This document shows, piece after piece, positions 57,694 to 64,000 of a DNA stretch of 64,000 nt. The first letter of the stretch is position 1. Every line of letters begins with the position of its first letter. The position numbers and the translations under genes were made by a program. This DNA comes from Anaerolineaceae bacterium UBA5211. Its GTDB lineage: Bacteria; Chloroflexota; Anaerolineae; Anaerolineales; Anaerolineaceae. Under the pieces are notes generated by a model. The model was not told the DNA's origin and ran no database searches. It saw only the letters and a program-made list of their open reading frames with translations. The DNA lies in contig DHVJ01000015.1 in the NCBI GenBank assembly GCA_002412595.1, positions 144,080 through 208,079 on the forward strand, given 5' to 3'.

Positions 57694-57876
57694 TAGGAAC
57701 TCGGGGTTTTTCATAATAAGAGGAGTATCTTCATAGAAAAAGAGTTACATCCTCTCACATTTACACAGTCAACCTCGCCGCTTATGCTGTGTCTTGCATT
57801 TCATTTTATTTTCCAGTCCGGAAAGTTCCTCTTTTTACAAATCCCCAAGGAATAAATCCACAGCGAGAAAATTCTC

Positions 57877-57931
57877 TTAACCTTTCCTTTACAATCTGTT
57901 CATTGACGCATCTATTACACGATGGTATTTT
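57877..57931 (+). promoter_or_regulatory. Pho-box-like repeats and promoter upstream of metallophosphoesterase
   Basis: TTAACC-N5-TTTACA-N5-TTCATT, then TTGACG-17-TATTTT with an extended TG. Confidence 0.4.
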
Positions 57932-57963
57932 TATCATCGGATTAAATCTTTCTGTAAATTATT

Positions 57964-58866
57964 ATGGCGAATCATAAATTATTAACGAAAATTTTCAGTG
58001 AGGCCAAGCGCGTCGAGTTTTCCAATCGCGACCGGTTGGTCTTCTTTAGCGATGTACACCGCGGCAATAACAGTTGGGCGGACGAATTTGCACGCAACGA
58101 AATGACTTATTTATCCGCGCTGCAATACTATTTCGATAATGATTTCACTTACGTTGAGGTAGGTGACGGGGATGAGCTGCTCAAGTTCAAATACATCGAA
58201 CCCATCCGCATCGCGCACGAAGAAGTTTATCGCTTGCTGCAGAAATTTCACAACAAGCATCGCCTTTATTACATTTTCGGCAACCACGACTACGAATACC
58301 GCAACCCGGAGCTGGTGCACCGCAAACTAAACCATATCTTCAATCTGGTCACCGAAGAACGGGAAATATTATTTGACGATTTTGAGACTTATGAAGGTTT
58401 GGTCTTCAAACACAAAGAGAGCGGACTGGAATTATTCGCCGTTCACGGCCACCAGGCAGACAACCTTTTCCACCGCCTGATCTGGTTGAATGGCGTGCTG
58501 CTGCGCGTATTGTGGCGCCCGCTGCAAATGCTCGGCTTTCAGGATCCCAGCAGCGTTTCGCAAAACATCCACAAGCGCGAACGGACGGAAGAAGAATTAA
58601 AGAAATGGGCCGCTGAACACCACCAACCCATCATCGCCGGGCACACCCATCACCCGCAGTTTCCTAAAAAGGGCAAAACACCGTACTTCAACACCGGCTC
58701 CTGCGTGCACCCGCGCTGGATCACCTGCATCGAGATTATTAAAGGGGAAATTGCCCTGGTACGCTGGCGTATCACACCCAATAAAAAGGGACAGTTGGTG
58801 GTCAAGCGCAGCGTGCTGAAGGGCTTCAGGCCCCTGGCGCAATTTACGTATTCCCAAAACGATTAG
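57964..58866 (+). CDS. Calcineurin-like metallophosphoesterase
   Basis: SDVH.G, GDGDE, GNHD, HGHQ, GHTH, YFNTG. Confidence 0.9.
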   Translation: MANHKLLTKIFSEAKRVEFSNRDRLVFFSDVHRGNNSWADEFARNEMTYLSALQYYFDNDFTYVEVGDGDELLKFKYIEPIRIAHEEVYRLLQKFHNKHRLYYIFGNHDYEYRNPELVHRKLNHIFNLVTEEREILFDDFETYEGLVFKHKESGLELFAVHGHQADNLFHRLIWLNGVLLRVLWRPLQMLGFQDPSSVSQNIHKRERTEEELKKWAAEHHQPIIAGHTHHPQFPKKGKTPYFNTGSCVHPRWITCIEIIKGEIALVRWRITPNKKGQLVVKRSVLKGFRPLAQFTYSQND

Positions 58867-59321
58867 AAATACTGCCAGCTCTGGATTTCGAGGATATTGC
58901 CTTCCGGGTCGGCGGCATAAGTAAAGGTGATCACGCCCACACCTGCGATTTCCTGCTTGACTACCTGACCCAGTTCGTGCCCGCCGCGTTCGAGTAAAAC
59001 CCGCAGTGTATCTTCCACATTCCCTACTTCAAAGGCCAGATGGCCCAACCCCAGCCGGTTGGCGCTGGGCGGAGCCGCTTTATCCAACATTTGGTCGTAC
59101 TGGAAAATTTCCAGCGTCGGCCCGCTCTCGCCCCAGCCGGGCAGGCGCAAATGCTGGCCGGTCAGATGTGGGTTCTTCAAGCCGGTAGCCTGCGCCAGCC
59201 ACTCCCCTTTCAGGTCGCGCGTCGGCGGCACTGGCTGGCAGTCGAACACTTCAATGTAGAACTCTGAAAGCTTGCGCCAGTCGCGGCTGACAAGGTTGGT
59301 GTGCGCGTATTTAATCGTCAT
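58863..59321 (-). CDS. VOC/glyoxalase family protein
   Basis: HTN....D.....FY..VF; LEIFQY; GLGHLAFEV; DPEGNI.E. Confidence 0.9.
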   Translation of the reverse strand: MTIKYAHTNLVSRDWRKLSEFYIEVFDCQPVPPTRDLKGEWLAQATGLKNPHLTGQHLRLPGWGESGPTLEIFQYDQMLDKAAPPSANRLGLGHLAFEVGNVEDTLRVLLERGGHELGQVVKQEIAGVGVITFTYAADPEGNILEIQSWQYF

Positions 59322-59377
59322 CTTATCCCTGCGAATTTTAGATTTATTTTAACTGGGTTACCCAAGAACTATCCGGT

Positions 59378-59908
59378 TCATCTCAGAATCATATATCGAT
59401 TTTGGATAATTCCATTTTCAAAGGACTGGCTCTCCACCACTTGCAGCTTCACATCCGCGTCCAAAGGCCCAAACAAAGGGATGCCCCGCCCGATCAGTAC
59501 CGGAATGATGGAGATGGTGATCTCATCCAGCAAGCCTGCCCGCAAAAAGGATTGAATGGTCTTGCCGCCATCCACATATACCTGTTCCACTCCCTGCGTA
59601 GATAATTCTTGCGCCAATTCCCCGGGTGAACAAGCTCGCTGCGTTAATATTTGGGGAACAAAAGCGGGCATATCCAGCTTTCTGCTGCTCAACACAAAAA
59701 CGCGTTTATCCGCGTAAGGCCATTCACCAAAGGTAAGCACTGTCTCGTAAGTGTTGCGGCCCATCACCAGAACATCCATGCTGTTGAAGAAATGGCTGTA
59801 ACCGTAATCTTCCCCATCTGCTTCCGGCTGGGGCAACCAATCCAAGCTGCCGTCCGTCCGGGCGATGAACCCGTCCAGGCTGGTCGCGAAATAGGCGTTT
59901 ATTTTCAT
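59378..59908 (-). CDS. Dihydrofolate reductase/RibD C-terminal-like protein
   Basis: ATSLDGFIA..DG..DWL, MGR.TY, WPY, VDGG, LLDE....IP..IG.G.PLF. Confidence 0.9.
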   Translation of the reverse strand: MKINAYFATSLDGFIARTDGSLDWLPQPEADGEDYGYSHFFNSMDVLVMGRNTYETVLTFGEWPYADKRVFVLSSRKLDMPAFVPQILTQRACSPGELAQELSTQGVEQVYVDGGKTIQSFLRAGLLDEITISIIPVLIGRGIPLFGPLDADVKLQVVESQSFENGIIQNRYMILR

Positions 59909-59970
59909 AGCCAATCTCCTAAGAAAGGGAATTTATACGTAATAATAAGCGGTCGGGGAAATCGGCTTGC

Positions 59971-60681
59971 TTACCCGGATTTTTCCGCCCGCATGGCCAT
60001 CAGCATGAAAACGAAACCCAGCACGGTAAAAATCTGGATGGCCACGGCCTGGCCAATTATAAAAGAATGGTTATCGAGCTTTTCAATCAAATCAGGATAA
60101 AGCGCGAAGCCGGGCGCGCCCAGTAAGCCGCAGGTTTGCCAGGCGCTGTTTATAAAACACAAGCCTGCCGCCATCTGCAAATCGACTGCTTGCTGCTGTC
60201 CGCTGTTCAACTCGGCGCGTTTGTGCGCCCAGGTCCAAACCAGAGTCAGGAACAACCCTACAACGAGGCAGCCCATTAACGCAAAAAAGGGGAATGGAAC
60301 TGAAGCGTATCGGAAAGCCATGATGGCATGAAAAATAAAATAAGCCAGCTCAATTCCCAGCAGCGGTAGAAACACGCGCCGTGCTGATTGAGAAGTGGGC
60401 GCTAAACGGGCCGCTCCCAAAGCCAGCAGGATCGCGCCCAGCGGCAGCGCCGCCACCAGATAGAGCAGCGCCATGCCGCCCATGCCGTACCATAATCCTT
60501 TGAGATCACGCGGACTCAGGTTGGTCAGTGTTGCACGAAAATACCAGATTACAAACGTCGCGCTGATAACCAGCAGCAGCCCAATAATCTCCAATACCAA
60601 TCCGTGTTTTTTAGTCGAATTTGGAATTACCTCATTCTCCTGTAATTGACTTTTATCGCTCTTTATTTTTTCTGGCCCCAT
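59971..60681 (-). CDS. Hypothetical multi-pass membrane protein
   Basis: About 6 hydrophobic segments; ATG 60681 after GAGGA. Confidence 0.7.
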   Translation of the reverse strand: MGPEKIKSDKSQLQENEVIPNSTKKHGLVLEIIGLLLVISATFVIWYFRATLTNLSPRDLKGLWYGMGGMALLYLVAALPLGAILLALGAARLAPTSQSARRVFLPLLGIELAYFIFHAIMAFRYASVPFPFFALMGCLVVGLFLTLVWTWAHKRAELNSGQQQAVDLQMAAGLCFINSAWQTCGLLGAPGFALYPDLIEKLDNHSFIIGQAVAIQIFTVLGFVFMLMAMRAEKSG

Positions 60682-60942
60682 TCTTTCCTCCTCTGTTTTT
60701 ACAGTGACCTTCCACTCAAGATGAAAATTAACCGTTTGGTTAAAGTCAATTATACCGATCCACGATTTTTTATTTAACAACGCAGGAAAGTTCTTACCAT
60801 GTTACAAAATGTAAATTTAGTCCGGAAAAGAGCAAATATCGTGCTGAACTACGGAATTAATACCCGTTTAATACTTTTGATACATGCAATCTGGTTTCGT
60901 CAGCGTTATTCTTTTAGAGATAGTGAATATAAGGGAAAAATC

Positions 60943-61497
60943 ATGCGAATTCTATTTCTGGAACCATTGGAAACTTTCATTCTGGATATGATTTGCTGGG
61001 TCATCATCCAGCTTGGTATTGGCTACCTGAGCTTAAAATTCCCTGAAAAATGGCTTGACCCCGGTCGGCGTTTTTTCCAATCGTTTGCGTGGGAAAAAGG
61101 CGGAAAGATTTACCAACAGCTCTTCCGTGTGCGCTCCTGGAAACACCTGATCCCGGATGGCTCCAAAACTTATCGGGGTGCATTTTCTATTAAGAAATTG
61201 CCCACAAGCGAACTGACTTATCTCCTGCGCTGGTTGAAGGAGAGCATTCGCTCGGAACTTTGCCACTGGTTCATGATCCTGCCTGCGCCATTCTTCTTTC
61301 TTTGGAACAGTATAAAAGGCGGTTGGCTGATGGTGTTTTACGCATTTTTTAACAATCTGGTGCCCATTATCCTGCAGCGCTTCAACCGGCCGCGCATACG
61401 CAAGTTGATTGCCCAACTGGAATTGAAAAACCCGGGAACAAACACAGCCATGCTGCACTATACCGTAGAGAACGACTATTCAAGCGTTTATCAATAA
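60943..61497 (+). CDS. CrtO-like (glycosyl-4,4'-diaponeurosporenoate acyltransferase family) membrane protein
   Basis: WE..G..Y...FRV..WK..IPDG; E..R.EL.HW; N..P.I.QR.NRPR. Confidence 0.75.
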   Translation: MRILFLEPLETFILDMICWVIIQLGIGYLSLKFPEKWLDPGRRFFQSFAWEKGGKIYQQLFRVRSWKHLIPDGSKTYRGAFSIKKLPTSELTYLLRWLKESIRSELCHWFMILPAPFFFLWNSIKGGWLMVFYAFFNNLVPIILQRFNRPRIRKLIAQLELKNPGTNTAMLHYTVENDYSSVYQ

Positions 61498-61664
61498 ACG
61501 GATGGGGAAATTCTTCCCTCATCCTCCCAGTTAAATAATTTCTAAATATCCAGGCCTTATCGTATCGATATGATGGTACGATATTTTTAATATCTTCTTG
61601 TCCCGATTTCCGTTCTTATCCGACTTAATTAACAAACTCCAAAATTTGATCGAGAAGGAATTGC

Positions 61665-62240
61665 ATGGCAGATAATCCTACAGCTTTGTCATCCAAAGAT
61701 ATCAGACAAGGGCCAGATGAGCTAGCATTAATTCAGGCCGCCCGGCAGAATCCCATCATATTCGGTGAGTTATACAAACGCTATGTGAACCGGGTCTATC
61801 GATATCTTTACAGCCGAATAGGGAATGTGCACGAAGCCGAAGACCTCACTGCACAGACATTTCTGGCGGCTTTTGAATCGTTTGACAAATTCCGTCAGGA
61901 TGAACATTTTACCTCCTGGTTATTTTCCATTGCGCGCCATAAAGCCATGGACCACTTCCGCCGCCGGAAAAGTGCCCCTGCCATCGAGGAAATGCACGAA
62001 ATTCCTGTTGAAAACGATCCTCTGAACGCGGTAACTCAATCAGAACAAGCACAGGCAATGGCATTAATCATCCAGGCCATACCGGAAAAAGACTGCGAGC
62101 TGCTGCGCCTGCGTTTTTTAGCCGATATGAGTTTTCCTGAAATAGCCCGCTTCCTTCACCGCAACGAAAGCGCGGTGAAAAAGTCATTTTATCGGCTGCT
62201 GAAAAAGCTGCATGACCAGTTGGAGGATCCAAATGAATAA
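61665..62240 (+). CDS. ECF RNA polymerase sigma factor
   Basis: F..LY..Y...VYRY; AEDL....F..A; F..WL..IA.....D..R; region 4 HTH. Confidence 0.93.
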   Translation: MADNPTALSSKDIRQGPDELALIQAARQNPIIFGELYKRYVNRVYRYLYSRIGNVHEAEDLTAQTFLAAFESFDKFRQDEHFTSWLFSIARHKAMDHFRRRKSAPAIEEMHEIPVENDPLNAVTQSEQAQAMALIIQAIPEKDCELLRLRFLADMSFPEIARFLHRNESAVKKSFYRLLKKLHDQLEDPNE

Positions 62241-64000
62241 ATTGACTTCAACACCTCAATTTGAGGAAAACATTCGAAGCTCTTTCGGAATACCCGCCCT
62301 TCGCCCTGAATTTGTTGACGATCTGCACCGCGAGATCATACAGCGGGCGGAAACGAAAACACACGCAACCCGGCCCGCCAGAAAGCTGCGGCCGGCCTGG
62401 AGCATCACGCTCGCTATCCTCACTTTATTGATGGCAGTCGTCTTGATCGTCGGCCCGCAGCGCGTGTACGCTGCGGTGGTGCGGCTCCTCGGGTACATTC
62501 CGGGGGTAGGTATCGTGGATGAAAGCAATCCCATCCGTGTATTAGCCGAACCGGTCAGCGTTACCCGTGATGGCATCACCATCACAGTCACCTCGGCCAC
62601 TCTAACCGGCGATAAAACCTATATCGATTACCGCATCTTCGGCGTACCGGGTTCAGCCTATCCCAGATCAGAGAATATAACCGGCTGCATGCAAACCGAA
62701 TACCTGCGCCTGCCGGACGGCACCCAGTTCGATCGGGAAAACTACGGCTTTGGGGCAATCCCAGTGGATGTGGATGAGGCAATCTTTGTCATCCCCTGTA
62801 TCATGAATACACTGTCCGGCGAGGTACCAGAGAATTGGGAACTGCCGCTGCGCTTCGTGCCGGCCCCTGCGGACTTGACCGTGATACCGGTGTATGAAGA
62901 AGCGACCGCTGCTCCGCCATCCGATTCAACCTCGGATAAAGACGCCAGCGCAACCTCCGCGGTTCCTTTAGATAACGCCATCAGCGTGGATAAAGTCATC
63001 GAGACCGAGGACGGCTACATTTTGATCGGGCAATTCCAACCGCAGGATACATCTGGGCATTGGGTGCAAACCAGCGGATTGCTGCTCACCGACGCAAGCG
63101 GAAAAATCGTGCCTTATACCTATCCAAACGACGTCATTGAATCCACACCTATGGGCGGCTGGTCGGTGCAATTTAAAAATGCCGATCTGGCGTATCCGCT
63201 AACCATCTCATTCTCCGGCATTGACCTGCAATCCACAGGCGCCGAAACTGCGGTGGAATTTGCCTTTGATGCCGGTCCCAATCCACAGCCCGGCGATGAA
63301 TGGGTGCTGAATCGCGATTTCGAACTGGCCAGCTATACTGTAACGCTGAAATCCATCATGGCCAACTCCCAAAACAGTTATTCCTTCCATTTCCAGGTGG
63401 ATCCGCAAGTTTACAGCGTTGCGGTCGAGATCGTAGGCCACACGGCCAACGGCGGCGGGGGTGGCGGCGGTGGCGGACTGACGGATGGGAAAGTCAGCAC
63501 CAGTCTGAGTTACGCGCAATTCCCAAGCGGAGAGCTGACCGTCCGCATTTCAAATCCGGTGCTGATCGGTGACGCCTATACCTGGCAGGGGCAGTGGTCG
63601 CCGGCCAAACTTCGTACCGATTTACCAGCCAGTCCCAGCGCTCAATCTGGCGTATGCTTGACAATCGATTCGCTCGCACAGCTCAAGCCCGCCCCAGCCA
63701 ATCCGACCAGCGGGATGGCCTTAATGTACGAGCAGTTAGTTGATACAAATCAATGGGGGCTCGTCCTTTACAAACTGGATGGCAGCCAGAAACAGGTGGT
63801 AATTTCAGCCGGAAATTGGGGCACTCTCTCGCCGGATGGTAGCAAGGTAGCATACTCTGCTTTGGACAACAGAATTCACATAATCGACTTGGCTTCGCAA
63901 ACTGAGAAAATCATTCCGGGTGCGGGCGGTTTCAACCTTCATTGGTCGCCAGATGGAAAGCAAATCGCCTACGTGGGGACAGGTGATGGTGTAATTAATA
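62233..64000 (+). CDS. Putative anti-sigma/sensor: short cytoplasmic N-terminus, TM, large extracytoplasmic region ending in TolB/PD40-like repeats (3'-truncated)
   Basis: Absent from the ORF track (no stop in window). Overlaps sigma gene, GGAGG RBS; MNKLTSTPQFEE...AWSITLAILTLLMAVVLIVGP...LGYIPGVG; ends LSPDGSKVAY...WSPDGKQIAY. Confidence 0.82.
   Translation, partial: MNKLTSTPQFEENIRSSFGIPALRPEFVDDLHREIIQRAETKTHATRPARKLRPAWSITLAILTLLMAVVLIVGPQRVYAAVVRLLGYIPGVGIVDESNPIRVLAEPVSVTRDGITITVTSATLTGDKTYIDYRIFGVPGSAYPRSENITGCMQTEYLRLPDGTQFDRENYGFGAIPVDVDEAIFVIPCIMNTLSGEVPENWELPLRFVPAPADLTVIPVYEEATAAPPSDSTSDKDASATSAVPLDNAISVDKVIETEDGYILIGQFQPQDTSGHWVQTSGLLLTDASGKIVPYTYPNDVIESTPMGGWSVQFKNADLAYPLTISFSGIDLQSTGAETAVEFAFDAGPNPQPGDEWVLNRDFELASYTVTLKSIMANSQNSYSFHFQVDPQVYSVAVEIVGHTANGGGGGGGGGLTDGKVSTSLSYAQFPSGELTVRISNPVLIGDAYTWQGQWSPAKLRTDLPASPSAQSGVCLTIDSLAQLKPAPANPTSGMALMYEQLVDTNQWGLVLYKLDGSQKQVVISAGNWGTLSPDGSKVAYSALDNRIHIIDLASQTEKIIPGAGGFNLHWSPDGKQIAYVGTGDGVIN

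Noticed and set aside
63451..63477. GGC/GGT repeat tract
   Set aside because: Encodes poly-Gly with mixed codons; not a phase-variable repeat.
1..64000. tRNA, rRNA, CRISPR arrays, IS elements, prophage
   Set aside because: No cloverleafs, spaced repeats, transposase, integrase or phage motifs seen by eye; tRNAscan, cmscan and ISEScan would be needed to exclude them formally.

Overview
Bacterial chromosomal window with about 58 protein-coding genes, mostly metabolic, regulatory and envelope functions. I see no rRNA, tRNA, CRISPR array, transposase or integrase. The gene repertoire (sortase-like lipoprotein, Thr/Pro-linker surface proteins, multiheme cytochrome plus CcmF, no outer-membrane genes) suggests an anaerobic monoderm-like organism, probably Anaerolineae (Chloroflexota); this is inference only. 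Contents in order: end of a 2-oxoacid/acetoin dehydrogenase operon; L-rhamnose isomerase; BcsB-like gene with a Wzz-degenerate GGDEF fusion; sortase-like gene; pentaheme cytochrome c + NOX/ferric-reductase-like flavocytochrome + CcmF; CBS-GAF-GGDEF-HD-GYP protein; ldh, TetR, GH13; sorbose-like mannose-family PTS operon; PadR-HAAS pair; Crp regulator + nucleoside hydrolase; malic enzyme; CAP-LysM protein; HigB/HigA-IrrE module; DeoR-MFS-HAD; ABC exporter; FMN dehydrogenase-VOC-aroE; mntR-mntH; a three-gene glucan synthase operon; a GntR/BMP-ABC/PfkB/SIS/BtpA catabolic cluster; and an ECF sigma/anti-sigma pair running off the end. Best candidates for undescribed systems: (1) a BcsA-type synthase operon whose partner is a CBM-like/Ig protein with a BcsB-like membrane anchor, plus a GH5 glucanase; (2) a possible quinone-independent NAD(P)H-to-extracytoplasmic-multiheme electron conduit with its own heme lyase; (3) a duplicated kinase/SIS plus BtpA pathway resembling Amadori-compound catabolism; (4) a Wzz-GGDEF(dead)/BcsB module. 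All family assignments come from motif recognition by eye; no database searches were run.
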